Shown here: piece after piece, positions 1-12,640 of the stretch
How positions within the stretch are numbered: the stretch's first letter is position 1
Layout: each line of letters begins with the position of its first letter
Origin: Octopus vulgaris
Taxonomy: Eukaryota
Length of the DNA: 64,000 nucleotides
Direction of reading: 5' to 3'
Assembly: GCA_951406725.2 (NCBI GenBank)
Contig: OX597823.1
Location: forward strand, 58,528,001 to 58,592,000
Translations under genes and position numbers: made by a program
The notes under the pieces: model-generated
The model's input: the letters and a program-made list of their open reading frames with translations, nothing else
Told to the model about the DNA's origin: nothing
Database searches by the model: none

Positions 1-1015
1 CCGCCCAAAGCCGCCTATTCATATTTAAATGAGAATATCAGAGCAAATCTCTTCAGTACATTCGTGAAAACACGTATTATACTTCGTAAACAGTTCAACT
101 ACAGTTTTGTACAATAATCGAAGTGTAATTTTAATTCCGTGAATTTTGGGAGATTTTTTTCCGAAATTTGTTCCTATTGTGTTTTCAAAATTTGTAATTC
201 TGACAAAAAATGGATACGAATTTCATTATATCAAGCAGCGAGTCAGAATTCGAAGGATTTTCTACTGAAGACCTTCATAAATCTAACTCTATGACTGAAA
301 AAAAAAAGCATGTGGTATTTGATAATGAATCTGATGTTTCATTTTCCGAAAGTGAAAACAGTGAATCCGAGAGCTCCGATAGCGATAAAGAAAACGAATT
401 GGCACCTGAATGGAGTGAAAATTTAAAACTGTTTCTTTCGGTGATTTTTCTGAAGAAACTGGACCAAGCCACAGACTTTCCCAGAGGAGTAAAGCCTTAG
501 ACTATTTCTATTTACTTTTTCGAATGAGCCTATTTGAAATCATTACGGCAGAAACGAACCATTACGCTAAACGTAAACAAAGCGAAAGAATGGATAGTTT
601 GTTATTTCCCACAACCTTAAATGAAATTAAGACTATTTTGCCATAAATATTATTATGGGTATCAGAAAGTTACCCAGAATAACAAATTCTATCGTAAAAT
701 TTTGTTGTATACCCAATTGAATATTAGCTAATAACCCATTTTCTATAGCGATGTTTGAACAAAATTTTAATAATTTTATATTTTGTGGAATTTACCTGTA
801 TCTACCTGCAATTAGAGTCACTTTGTGACAAAAATTATAGTATAGAATTGGTTGAGAATATTTCATTAAATTATCTTCCAAAAATCAGATTAATATATCG
901 ATAAATAAAAAAGTTATAGTTGTTTAATGAAACCAGACTAAATTTATGATTACGTTAGAAATTAATTGAAACACATAAGGGGTGTAATTTGGTCAGAAAT
1001 ATAGTAACGAAAGGG
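1..1015 (+). mobile_element. piggyBac-family non-autonomous deletion derivative (left end outside window)
   Basis: Right TIR GTAACGAAAGGG followed by TTAA (1016-1019). Bases 1-170 are the reverse complement of 3660-3830. Contains decayed N-terminal transposase sequence. Confidence 0.85.
210..682 (+). pseudogene. piggyBac/PGBD4-like transposase N-terminal fragment, frameshifted
   Basis: Acidic Ser-rich N-terminus (ORF 210-500), then in other frames ALDYFYLLF..SLFEIITAETNHYAK and PTTLNEIK..AINIIMGIRKLPRI, matching the piggyBac TN-YA and MG-KLP motifs. Confidence 0.8.
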
Positions 1016-1740
1016 TTAAAGACTGGATTCAAAGGATACTAGCAGCAGTCTGTGTTTTCAAGAAATTATTTAATTATTAACTGGCGGGTAATACAGCAAG
1101 GTTATATCAGCCATTATATCAATATTCACCCCAGCATTTCTACAAAGAGGAAACAATCATTTTATTTGTCTGAATTTGTTGATATTACTTTTAACAGTCT
1201 TGCATAACAATAATACTGTTGTGGTGCATTATTCTGTTCTCCACCCACCGCAGTATTTTGTTACCATTGTATTTTTGTTTAAAAGCTTAAAAGATTTTAG
1301 CAAAGTATACAATGGGTGAAGCAGTTTGGATATATTTAGAGAAGGAATAATATATTGATTATTATTATTACCATTTGAGACATGGTTATTATCATTCTTC
1401 GAAAAGAAAATACAGTCTATTTGAAACAACCTTTAAATTCTTAAAGAACTGCTTTTATGTTTCCTATTTAAAACTTTTTTTTTTGTAGATCAAATTTCTT
1501 TTTTTCTCTTTTACATGCTATCAACTTTTGTTCCAATATTGGCAACTGAAAAACTAGAAGAAATGTCTATAGATTTGGTCTTGTTCAAATTTGTTTTTTT
1601 CTTAGTATGTAATCCTAATTTGAGCTTGTAGGAGTCGTGTTTTTTTTTTTTTTTATGGTTTTACATTATTTCTTCAAAATGTTGCCTCCCTCTGCTTTTT
1701 TTTTTTTTTTCATTTTCATCATCATGAATGCAGAAGTCAA

Positions 1741-2058
1741 ATGGCCTAGTGGTTAGGGCAATCAGCTCACAGCTGTAAAGTTGTAAGTTCAATTCCTGAC
1801 AGCATGTTGTGTCCTTGAGCAGGGCACTTTGTTTCCAAGTTGCTCCAGTCCACTCAACTGGCAAAGATTAGTTGTACCTATAATTCAAAGGGTTCACCTT
1901 GTAACATTCTGTGTCATGCTGAACCCCCAGCGAACTATGCTAAGAGTACACTTGCCTGTGGAGTGCTCAACCATTTGCATGTTAATTTCATGAGCAGGCT
2001 GTTTGGTTGATCAGATCAACTGGAACCCTTGTTGTCATAACCAACAGAGTGCCAGTTT
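1741..2058 (+). mobile_element. tRNA-derived SINE, family C (CORE-like)
   Basis: A-box TGGCCTAGTGG, B-box GTTCAATTCC, then TGTGTCCTTGAGCAGGGCACTT..GTTGCTCCAGTCCACTCA core shared with other copies. Confidence 0.7.
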
Positions 2059-2206
2059 ATAGGGATGCAGAATGTTTCAAGTTCATTAGAATGTTTTACT
2101 TGATGTAAATGTTCTTGAGTTGATAAGCCTATGGAATGCAATTGTGACTAAGTTTCACTTTGTTCTTTTGGACTTTTCACATCTTTTACTTGCTTTAATC
2201 AGTTAA

Positions 2207-2425
2207 CCCTTCAACATTCAGATTATCTGATCGAATGTAATGCTTATTTAATCATTCAGTTTTGAATTAATCCCACACTATCTCATAGCATCAATATTTT
2301 GATGATATTATTGTATCCTTCTTGAATTACATTGTAGGATAGGCATGAGAGGCTGGATCTGGCCAGTTTGAACCTAAAACAATAAAATGTTTGGGCTTGT
2401 TTTAGATGGTTTAAATGCTTAAGGG
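2207..2425. mobile_element. piggyBac-type MITE (family M1, ~220 bp)
   Basis: TTAA|CCCTT...AAGGG|TTAA ends. Body homologous to 17799-18017. Confidence 0.8.
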
Positions 2426-2432
2426 TTAAATG

Positions 2433-2650
2433 CAGCCATGTTGGGGCACCACTTTCAAGGGTTTTACTTGAACGAATCAAGCCCAGTACTTCAATTTTTC
2501 AAAGCCTGATACTTATTCTGCTGAACTGCAAAGTTACTGGGACATAAACAAACCAATGTCGATTATCAAGTGATGTTGTGGGTGACAAACACAAAGATGC
2601 ATGGACACATACCTATATAAGCAACAGTTTCTATCTACCAAATCCACTCA
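2433..2650 (-). mobile_element. SINE family A, 3' part
   Basis: Reverse-complement similarity to the 3' half of 53963-54345. Confidence 0.55.
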
Positions 2651-3483
2651 CATTTTTGGGTTAAAGATTATTAGTTCAGGCAACATCTCATGTTTTAGAG
2701 GTTTATCATTTGTTTAAAAGATGTACTTTGTGACTATATAGTTCTGGGTTCAAGCCCACAACATAGCAGGTATCCTGACTAAGTGTTATTTACCATAATT
2801 TCTGGTTAAATCAAAGCTTTGAAACTGAAAATGGGTAGATGGAAACTGAAGTTCCTGTAGAGAATGTACCTGGTTTGGCATTGCCCTTTGCTATCGGCAG
2901 GATACACATGGGTGTAAGTATTTGAGCCAAGTTTGCTACCTCTAAAACGTTTATAATAATGTCTGGTTTCTTACTGCTGAGGTCTTTGTCATCACTTCCT
3001 CTATGAAGTTTTACTAGAAATGTCATGCATACTGTCCTTCTGCCTGGCTAAATTGTTGAAAAGAATGTATCATATTGGTTTCTTTCTGATCAGATAGAAG
3101 AAACAAAAGGAAGGAAATGCAAAGTTAAGGCCTTTATACCTTCTCCTATTGTGGACTCTCTCCTGCTATAGATGACAGAAGATGGAGTCTACGATTTTTT
3201 GCTGAACAACATGCCCAAATGGTTTGTTTACTGTGGTCAAATCTTTGTGCTGAATGCTAGCTCATTCCCTCCACTGCCTGTACAGGTGTATGGCATGCTA
3301 CATGTCAGATGTCGAAATGATGTTCTTCATAACATAGCAAGAGAACAGGCTGATCACTTATAACAAATACATCTACATACAAACGTGTGTGTGTGTAACA
3401 AACTGGTTCATATGACTGGCAGAGTGTTTGGTGCACTGAGTGTAGCTTGAGCAAGAATGTTGATAGCAGTGAGATCTGCTTAA

Positions 3484-3882
3484 CCCTTTCGTTACTATAT
3501 TTCTGACCAAAATACACCCCTCATGAGTTTTAGTTTCCCTGTATAAAAACTAAATCCACAACAGTACCCAGTATTTGTTTCACAAATTTTCCAATTCGGA
3601 ATCAATGCTTGATAACATGAAACTCCTATCTATTTTCAAAGTTGAAGAAAAATCGATGCCGAAAAAATTCTCCCAAAATTCAGGGAATTAAAATTACACG
3701 TCGATCTTTGTACAAAACTGTAGATGAACTGTTTACGAAGCATAATCACGTGTTTTCACGAATGTACTAAAGAGATTTGCTCTGATATTCTCATTTATAT
3801 ATGAATAGGTAAATTCGGGTGGGTTTGGGCGCTTTGGTCACATTAACCAAAAATTTTTTCGGGCAGTTTGGTAACGAAAGGG
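3484..3882 (-). mobile_element. piggyBac deletion derivative (399 bp)
   Basis: TTAA TSDs at 3480-3483 and 3883-3886. TIR CCCTTTCGTTAC. Retains a ~60-bp transposase piece (WKICETNTGYCCGFSFYTGK, minus strand) also present at 26685-26745. Confidence 0.9.
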
Positions 3883-4097
3883 TTAAGTCAGTTCAGTGCT
3901 ACCACTTGAGGTACACTCAACCTCATATTCAACCTCAACCTTGGTTAGGAGCAATAAAAAACGAAGGTGCTTCAACACTCCGCTCAACACTTCAGTGGCT
4001 CGTGCTGTCTTGGTTGGGTCCTGTATCTGTTCTTAATTTTGGACAAGTTCAGCAGCAACCTAAGTTTTTTGTTGATCTGGAGTGACAGCAGCAGTGG

Positions 4098-4612
4098 CTG
4101 AACGAAAACACTTAACCCTTTCGTTACTGTATTTATTTTGAGATGCTCTGTGTTTCTTTCAATTACTTTAAATATAATAAAGAATTTAGTAAAATAACTT
4201 AGTTATCATTAAGCTAGTATTACAAACATAAATTGAGACTAAGGTTTGGTGGAAGATTTTAATTCAAAACTTATGAAAATAAGACATTTGAACTCAGAGC
4301 CAGAGCTGGTTTTGGCCGGGTTGGTAACGAAAGGGTTAAAGCTCCACGAGTCTCCCACAGGAGGTGGTGGCGACCCCTGTTGTACTCTTTTGCTCCAACT
4401 TTCTCTCACTCTTTCTTCCTGTTTCTTGTCCCCAACTTCCTACGCAACCGCTGAGTCTGGGTGCGCATTCATTCATCCATCCGTTGATGCTCTCTGTGTC
4501 GGGGGTTGACCTGCTTTCTCTTCTGCGGGTCTTACGAATAGCAAAAGGACCACGTTTCGGACTTCTCCCACTGGGACGAAGACCACTTCACTCAACAAAC
4601 AAACAAACAAAC
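4098..4612 (+). mobile_element. 5'-truncated SINE with (CAAA)n tail, interrupted by the MITE
   Basis: Removing the MITE restores GAACGAAAACACTTAAAGCTCCACGAG, homologous to GAGCGAAACACCTAAGCTCCACGCG at ~60929. Ends in AACAAACAAACAAACAAAC. Confidence 0.65.
4116..4335. mobile_element. piggyBac-type MITE (family M2, 220 bp)
   Basis: TTAA TSDs at 4112-4115 and 4336-4339, perfect 12-bp TIR CCCTTTCGTTAC. Decayed relatives near 45570-45810, 51185-51373 and 62291-62490. Confidence 0.9.
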
Positions 4613-5355
4613 AGCAGTGGCATCAGAAGTAAATACAGAATAGGTATTCGAACCAACAGTTATCTTAAACTGAGGACGCACAGCTTGATCTGGGAATTAA
4701 CCATTAAAGTTACAAAAAAGGGGAAAAGTCTCAACTGAGTGAAGTGATTGAATCCTTCTGATTTCAGCTTGCCCTAAGATTACCACCTTGCTCAATGGGA
4801 ACTTGTTAAGTGCTAGATTTAATTTACTAAATAGCAGTATATTGTATTAAGTTTTATTAAATCTTATTAATCTGAGATAACCAAATAGATAAGAGTGGTT
4901 TCTTTGATTCCTGAAAGAATTTTAACTTTTTATGTTTTTTTTTTCATTAATCCTAATGTTTGTTTCTTATATTTAATCTTGAAAAATAATAATAATAATC
5001 AAAGTTTAAAAAAAATAAAATTGTGGTTATTTTATTTACAGCTATTTTAGAGAATAGTTTTTAAATTAGTTTGTCTACATCGCTAAAGATAGGAACATCA
5101 AAAGTTCAGTGTTTCCAGCTTATATTTTGATAGCTTTTTTGTTTTTGTTACCATTTTATTTTCACTCAAGGGGATTTACTTAACCCTTTCATGTCTGGAG
5201 ATATCTCAGTGGTGCTGACCCTATATATCTAGTATATCTAGTTAGTTATACTTATTCACTATTTATGTCTAGTGTTCTTGTTTACATCTAATTCAGACAG
5301 CGGTCTACATTTTCCTTAAAATATCTCACTATAGAAAGATTATACATATAATATA

Positions 5356-5500
<145 letters not shown>

Positions 5501-5801
5501 ACGTTTGTATGTAGTTGTACTTGTCATAAGTGACCAGTTTGTTGGAACTTGTTTGCTCTCTTGCTATGTTATTCCCTTGCATCTATCAAAAAAATGAATA
5601 AATTGAAAATTTCACTAGAAAGCTTTTTTTTTTGCTTTTGTTTATGTGAGTCTCATTTTTACTGTTTTTTCCCCCTTCATTTTAACGTAGCCGAATCTTC
5701 AAAATTTCTTCCACATTTTCAACAAAATATATTTTCAATGTTACTTTTTTAACATCCAAAATTCAATGTGTTAACACGGGGTGGTTGTGTTTTGCAAATT
5801 T

Positions 5802-5955
5802 GGGCATGGCTCTGTGGTAAGAAGCTTACTTCCCAACCACGTCATTCTGGGTTCAGTCTCACTGAGTGATACCGTGAACAAGTGTCTTCTACTCTAGCCT
5901 CAAACCTACCAAAGCCATGTGAGTAGATTTGTTTGATGGAAACTGAAAGAAACCA

Positions 5956-5992
<37 letters not shown>

Positions 5993-6203
5993 ATGTCTGT
6001 GTCTGACTGTCTCCCACCACCACCTGACAATTTGTATTGATGTGTTTATGTCCCCATAACTTAGCGGTCGGGCAATAAAGCCCAGTTAAATATGTACCAG
6101 ACCGTTCAAAGGAAAAAAGTTTTACTGGGGATGATTTAGTTGAGTAAAATTATTCAAGGTGGTGCCCTAACATGTCTCAATCTGACTGAGACAATTAAAA
6201 GAC
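5802..6203 (+). mobile_element. tRNA-derived SINE family A
   Basis: GGCTCTGTGGTAAGAAGC..GGGTTCAGTC head, internal (TG)n, tail homologous to 53963-54345. Confidence 0.8.
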
Positions 6204-6894
6204 AAACGTCTAGTTGGTTTATGTTTGTGTGGGTGTAGTATATTTTTCGCTTGTTTTTCACTCATTGTATATATATATATATATCAGTAGCAGAGGTTAT
6301 TTTCATTTCTTCTTGGATTTTGTTACCAAACACTGAACCTTTTGTCCATCATGTATGCTGAGAGAAATAGGTTTACTTGGTTTAAGTTCCTTGCTAACTT
6401 CAAAACTTACAACCAGATTTTAAGTGATGGATTGGTAGAGTCAAATATAAGTACCATACATAGTTTCTTTTGACTCTGCACTCTGTTAAAATCCAGCTGT
6501 GGTCAGCTTTGCTGGTCATCTTTTTCAGTCATCAATTGATGTGTGTGTGTGTGTAACTTAAAGTTAGCATATATTGATTCAAGTAGTATTCCTAAAAAAA
6601 AATCTCCTTAATGTATCATTGTATAAAACATTTTAACCCCAGGTTCCTACAGAACAGCCATGTTGAAGTGGTGATAAATAGGTAATTTACTTATGTCCAC
6701 AAAAATAGCCAGTGAGATCCATGAAGGTAGAGTCCAAAAGAGTACGCAGATCCAGTGGTAATCCGAGTAGAGTGCTGGTATGTGGATGAGGAGAGGTGCT
6801 GAAAGGTCTGGAAGTGCTTTAAGATATGCAAGTCCAAGAGAGTGGGAAGCTCAGTTGGGATCAAACTGGGGTAACCACGTGTGTGTATAATATA

Positions 6895-7140
6895 TAGTTC
6901 AAATTTATAGAAAAGATGAAGACAGGTGTGGGAACAACATGGTGAATTCGCCGTGTTAAACCACTGAACTCAACACATTTTTTCTCATTTTCTCTGTTTA
7001 TTTCCTCATATTCCTGTCTGTTGAAGAGTGTAGGCTCAAAACTTAAGACTTTTCCATTTTTCAGAAGCATCAAACTAAAACACTTGCTTGTTGTTCCTTC
7101 ACCCATCTTTGTCTCTTTGTTTTTCTATAAATGTGAACTA
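6895..7140. mobile_element. Non-autonomous element with imperfect terminal inverted repeats, possibly Penelope-derived
   Basis: Ends TAGTTCAAATTTATAGAAAA..GGAACAAC / GTTGTTCC..TTTTCTATAAATGTGAACTA. Hammerhead-like core at 7018-7042. Confidence 0.55.
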
Positions 7141-7167
7141 ATTTACTGATATATATATATATATACA

Positions 7168-8450
7168 CGAGGGACGTTCAATAAGTAATGCCTCTGACCC
7201 ACTTGCAATTGTTTGATCTAGCTGAAATTTTGCATGTGCAATTAGTTACATCTCTATAGATTAAGTGGCGAATTACAGCTCTGAACTAATTGTGGTTTCT
7301 GATTTACAGGTGTTTGAACTGAGACAAGTGTGAAATGGAGCCTGTTGAGTGTCGAGCAGTGATCCGGTTTTTGTATTTAAAAGGACGCACACCACGGGAG
7401 ACTTTTGATGTAATGAAAGTAACTTATGGTGATGATGCCCCACCATATGACCTTGTGGAACGCTGGCATCGTGAATTCAAACATGGTCGGAACTCTGTGG
7501 AAACAGCTCCCAGATCTGGTCGTCCCCCTTCTGCCATTAATGAGGCATCTGTCCATCAAGTTGAGGCTGCCATTTTGGAAGATCGATGCATAACTATTCG
7601 CCAAATAGCCCATGAGCTCAAGACTAGTACCAGGTATGTGGAAACTATCATTCATGACCATTTGCATATGCAAGAGGTGTCTGCCAGATGGATTCCCAGG
7701 TTGCTCACACCTTTCCAGAAGCAAGAACACGTTGAGTGCTCGAGGATAAATTTGGAGATGTGCCAAGAAGATGAGTCAAACTTTTTCAGAAAACTGATTA
7801 CACAGGATGAAACCTAGGTCCATCACTATGATCCAGAGACCAAAGCCCAGTCGATGCAGTGGAAGCACTGTGACTCACCTCCTCCAAAGAAGGCAAGGGT
7901 GCAGCCCCCCGCTGGCAAGGTCATGCTCACAGTCTTCTGGGACCAGGACGGAGTAGTGATGACAGATTTCCTGGCAAAGGGTACCACAATTACAGGAGCC
8001 TATTATGCTTCACTTTTGAGGAAATTAAGAGAAGCTGTCAAAATCAAGAGGCGGTGCAAGATCAACAAAGGCATCCTCCTCCTGCAGGACCACGCTCCGG
8101 TCCACAACTCGCGTGTCGCCAGATCAGAAGCACAGGCGTGCAGATATGAACTCCTCCCCCATCTCCTGACCTTGCACCCTCTGATTTTCATCTCTTCCCA
8201 GCCATGCAGTTGTTTTTGAAAGGAAAGCATTTCCCAGATGATGCAGCCTTGATTTCTGAAGTCACGTCGTGGTTGGAGGACCAAGCTGATGTCTTCTACG
8301 AAAACGGTCTCCAGAGCTGCATCAAACGATGGGAGAAATGCGTAACTCTGTGTGGTTCCTATGTAGAAAAAGGCTAATAACTGTGCCAAGTTTCGTTGCT
8401 CTACTGCTATGGGAAGTGGGTCAGGGGCATTACTTATTGAACACCCCTCG
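7168..8450 (+). mobile_element. Full-length mariner transposon (1283 bp, DD34D, irritans-like)
   Basis: ~33-bp TIRs CGAGGGACGTTCAATAAGTAATGCCTCTGACCC / GGGTCAGGGGCATTACTTATTGAACACCCCTCG. TA on the right, CA on the left, within (TA)n. Confidence 0.95.
7335..8377 (+). pseudogene. Mariner transposase pseudogene
   Basis: WIPRLLT, ITQDET*(W), [21 protein letters not shown] and RWEKCV..GSYVEK motifs. One TAG at 7815-7817 and a frameshifting deletion near 8161. Confidence 0.93.
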
Positions 8451-9096
8451 TATATATACAAGATAAGAATACAAGATACATATATATATATATGTATATA
8501 TATATATGTATATATATATATATGTATGTATATGTATGTATGTATATATATATATATATGTATGTATATGTATGTATGTATATATATATATATATGTATG
8601 TATATGTATGTATATATGTATATATATATATATGTATGTATATGTATGTATATATGTATATATATATGTATATGTATGTATATATGTATATATATATATA
8701 TATATGTATGTATATGTATGTATATATGTATATATATATATATGTATGTATATATGTATATATATATATATATGTATGTATATATGTATATATATATATA
8801 TATGTATGTATATGTATGTATATATATGTATATATATATATATATATGTATGTATATGTATGTATATATGTATATATATGTATATGTATGTATATATGTA
8901 TATATATGTATATGTATGTATATATGTATATATATGTATATGTATGTATATATGTATATATATGTATATGTATGTATATATGTATATATATATGTATGTA
9001 TATGTATGTATATGTATGTATATATGTATATATATGTATGTATATATGTATATATATGTATGTATATATGTATATATATGTATGTATATGTATGTA

Positions 9097-9130
<34 letters not shown>
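8451..9130. repeat. Compound (TA)n/(TATG)n microsatellite
   Basis: Read directly. Source of several spurious YI/CM-repeat ORFs. Confidence 0.95.
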
Positions 9131-9133
<3 letters not shown>

Positions 9134-9675
9134 GGTCAGGCAAAATGATCTAACACATTTGTAGGTTAAATAAAAGGCAAATGAAGTAAAGAAACAAAAA
9201 AGTGTTTTTATTTTTGAAAAGTACATATAATGCCATTTTGTTTCATTATGTTTTAAAGTCAAATGGGATCCATTATTGTCCACACACTGTCGAAGGTGTT
9301 CACGAAAGTTGTCAATAACTTGGCGGGTCATTTCATATGGAATGGCAGTAATTTCTTGATGAATTGCATCTTCAAGTTCTGGCAGTGCGAGGTCGGCCGG
9401 TTGATTTTCGTTTCAATGCAGATCCAGTAGCTCTGAAGTTGGTAACCCATTGCAAGATCGTGTTTCGAGCTGGTACGGGATCATGTCTACCAAGATTGAA
9501 GTGCAAACGGAACGCTCTTTGTGTTGCAGTTACAGAATCGTTTGTTTTGATAAACGTTTCCACAATGAAAGCGCGATGCTTATCAGTCCAATTTATGGCA
9601 GCAACTGAAAAAGAAACGAAAAACAATGCCTTTTATTTAACCTACAAATGTGTCAGATCATTTTTCCTGACCCTG
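9131..9675 (-). mobile_element. Internally deleted Tc1/mariner element (DUF4817-type HTH; rosa/DD41D-like)
   Basis: TA TSDs and 49-bp TIRs (CAGGGTCAGGCAAAATGATCTAACACATTTGTAGG...). N-terminal [25 protein letters not shown] is joined out of frame to C-terminal [35 protein letters not shown]. Confidence 0.88.
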
Positions 9676-9679
9676 TATT

Positions 9680-9718
<39 letters not shown>

Positions 9719-9746
9719 GTGTGTTGTGTGTGCCAGTAGCACATAG

Positions 9747-10005
9747 CATGATTTGAATGTTGGGCCTCATGAATGCAATGACAGGTGAATGAGATCTTTG
9801 GCAGTATACCGTGCTATGTAGACCTGTCAAGCCAAGTGAGACCGTAGTCATGGCCAATGCTGATGTCAAGTCATTGGCACCCATGCTGGTGGCATGTAAA
9901 AAAACACCCACTACACCCTTGGAGTGGTTGGCATTAGGAAGAGCATCCAGCCATGGAAACCATACCAAATCAAATTGGAACCTGGTGCAGCTCTCCAGCT
10001 TACCA
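9747..10005 (+). mobile_element. RTE-like LINE 3' end (ORF C-terminus plus 3' UTR)
   Basis: LGLMNAMTGE*DLWQYTVL resembles the RTE C-terminus. GTGGTTGGCATTAGGAAGAGCATCCAGCC UTR is shared with many copies. Confidence 0.6.
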
Positions 10006-11019
10006 GAGGATTACTTTGTATGTTTCTTAGAATACATATTTATTATTCTTTTACAAGTGTAGTTTTGATAGTGACATCGAAGTTTACGATGAAGACAAAG
10101 CCAGCTGACACTTCGAAGTCACTATCTCACTGTCAGTACTATTCTTGTAAAAGACTAACATATATTCATGTTGTACCTTTTCGTTTTCATACAGTTGGCA
10201 TTGAAAGCTGTGTTACTTTCAGTAATAGGCTTGGCAAGATCTTTTTTTTTATGGCCTGATGTGAAAAAATATTATCTTGGTCGGTTTTGAAAAAAAAAAA
10301 AAAATAAAATAAAATGTTCACGTACACACATACATGAACACACATGAAGAGACTATTGATTGTGATTAGGAAGTTTTAATTACAACTTGTGAATATATAT
10401 AATTTGTAAGGCCTCATTGGTATTTATTGTCAGTGGTTGAATTTAATATTAATGGAGGAGAGTATGTTAAAATTCATGAAAAATACAAAAGTGAAATTAG
10501 AAAATTTGGAGGTTAAAAATCAAAGACAACTTTAATGTCTTCGTTTTTGTAAGACAGAACATGGAGTTGGGCGGGAGAGGGCACACACTTTTTCTTTCAC
10601 ATTCCTTATCTTTCATTTTATTTTTCTTCTCCCCTTCCTCCACGTTCGTATGTATATAAATAGTACTAGACAGACCTACATATCGACTAATTTGAAGTAT
10701 CTTATATGACATCTTCATTTATCTAGATGGACTTGATTAGCTTTTCTTGAAAACCACTTGAAATTTTTCAAGTTTTCACTTTAATTTTTACCTTATTTTA
10801 ATTTTATTATTATTATTATCATTATTATTATTAAATGCTTCTGCATTGTATGTATGAAAGAATGATAAGATTCTCTTGATGATAGCAATTTAATATCTAG
10901 AATGTAATAAATGTGGTTGTAATGGCTCTATTTCGTTCCACCACACCTACACCTGGAGTTCAAATCTTACTAAGATGACCTAATAGTAATTATCAGCATC
11001 ATATTCTTCTTGTTGTTTA

Positions 11020-11287
11020 AAGCACACAAGGCAGTGTCACATAAAAGTGCCTGTGTGGTGTCACATACAAGTGCCCATGCAGGGTCACATAAAAGCGCCT
11101 GTGTGGTGCCACTTAAAGGCATTCAGAGCACTCTATAAAATGGTTGGCATTATGAAGGGCATACAGCCATAGAAACCTTGCCAAATCAGACTGGAGTCTG
11201 GTGCAGCCCCCTGCCTTGCTTGCCAGCTCTGGTCACATTGTCCACCCATGCCATCATGGACAATATGTTAAATGATTATGATGATAT
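11020..11287 (+). mobile_element. RTE-like 3' UTR with 24-bp tandem repeats and (ATG)n tail
   Basis: About 3.5 copies of GTGTCACATAAAAGTGCCTGTGTG from 11034, shared UTR motif, tail ATGATTATGATGAT. Confidence 0.7.
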
Positions 11288-11429
11288 TCCTGGTCAGTTT
11301 AGAATGGTAGATTGGTGCTATTAACATGGTAACTAATGGATAAAAGGCTTTGCCATATTCAATCATATACTTTTTATGTTCTGAGTTCAAATCCACTGAA
11401 ATTCACTTTGCTATTCATTCTTCTACCCA

Positions 11430-11655
11430 GGTTAGTGGTCTCAGTGATGTCTCCTGATGCATAGAGCTAACTAGGTCAACCAGTGCGTGTTCTCCGTTGC
11501 TGATGACCCCATGCCAGCCCCTCTGCATCCTCCAAGGTGACTTCAAACCTCATCAGATATTCATCAATCATGTCCAGCTATCTGGCGCAGGGTCTACCAA
11601 AAGGCTTTTTCCAGTCCACAGCTGCTGCATTGGATGAGATCATATCATCAATTCC
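11430..11655 (-). mobile_element. RTE-clade LINE C-terminal fragment
   Basis: Minus-strand DWKKPFGRPCAR*LDMIDEYL matches W-x-RP-x-GRP-xx-RW-x-D of RTE ORFs. Confidence 0.55.
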
Positions 11656-11692
11656 GGACAAAAAGTGAAAGTAAAATTGACCCTTGGTACAC

Positions 11693-12070
11693 AGGTGCAG
11701 GTGTGGCTGCTTAGTTAAGAAGCTTGCTTCCCAAACACTTGGTTTGGGGTTCAGTCCCACAGTGCAGCACCTTGGGCAAGTGTCTTCTACTATAGCACAT
11801 GGTCAATCAAGGCGTTGTGAGTGGATAAGGTAAATGGTAACTGTAAGAAGCTCATTGTGTATGTGCTTTTTCTGTACCCTTATCTAAATATTCTGTGATG
11901 GTTGCAAATGAGCAACATCATACAAAGGATGTTCACTTTCAGTCTGCTGTGAAAAACATGTCTAGCTATGGGAGAATATAGCGGTGAGGTTGGTGACAGG
12001 AAAGGCATTTGTCCATAGAGAATCTACCCCAACAAATTTCATTTGACTCATGCAAGTATATGATTATGAT
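11693..12070 (+). mobile_element. SINE family A head with alternative tail
   Basis: GGTGTGGCTGCTTAGTTAAGAAGCTTGC head, followed by a decayed RTE-UTR-like tail. Confidence 0.6.
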
Positions 12071-12640
12071 AGGCAGCCAAAAGACAATATTCAGATTTTA
12101 TTTAATTGTTTTTATGTATATGTTTTATTTTGGAATTATGTGTATCATGCATTTTATTTCATTTATTTATCATGCCTCCTAGAATTAGATTTATTTCCAT
12201 TAAACCTTTTTAAGTTATATCCTCCATTTGTAGTTTAAATGTTTCCTTAATGTTTGTCTGAGCTGAATTGAAGCTTCAGCCCAGTATAATATTTAAATCA
12301 TTTTAGATATGAATTTTATTAGAATGTGGGCACTACTTCAAAGGGTTTTAATTGAACAAATTGACATGTGGTTATGCTGGGCACTGCTTCAAAGAGTTTT
12401 AGTTCAAGAATTCGACCCCCAGTACATATGGTACTTATTATAAGCTACGAGATAATGTATGATTAATTCAAAACAATTTAAATAAGCATTACGTTTGACA
12501 GAGTCAACTTGATGCTCAAGGGCTAATGAGGTTCTGCACCACTTTCTGAAATTCCATTCAGAAGTATTAATTCAGCATGAAGCTATGGTTGAAGAAACTG
12601 CTCCAAAGTCTTTGTCTTGTGATCAAAACCAGAACCACTT

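Noticed and set aside
8003-9331. 442-aa and overlapping 215-251-aa ORFs
   Set aside because: They read through a stop-free TA/TATG microsatellite between two transposons; the YIYI/CMYV repeats are artefacts.
11034-11122. 24-bp direct repeats resembling a CRISPR array
   Set aside because: Contiguous tandem units without unique spacers, inside a LINE 3' UTR in eukaryotic DNA.
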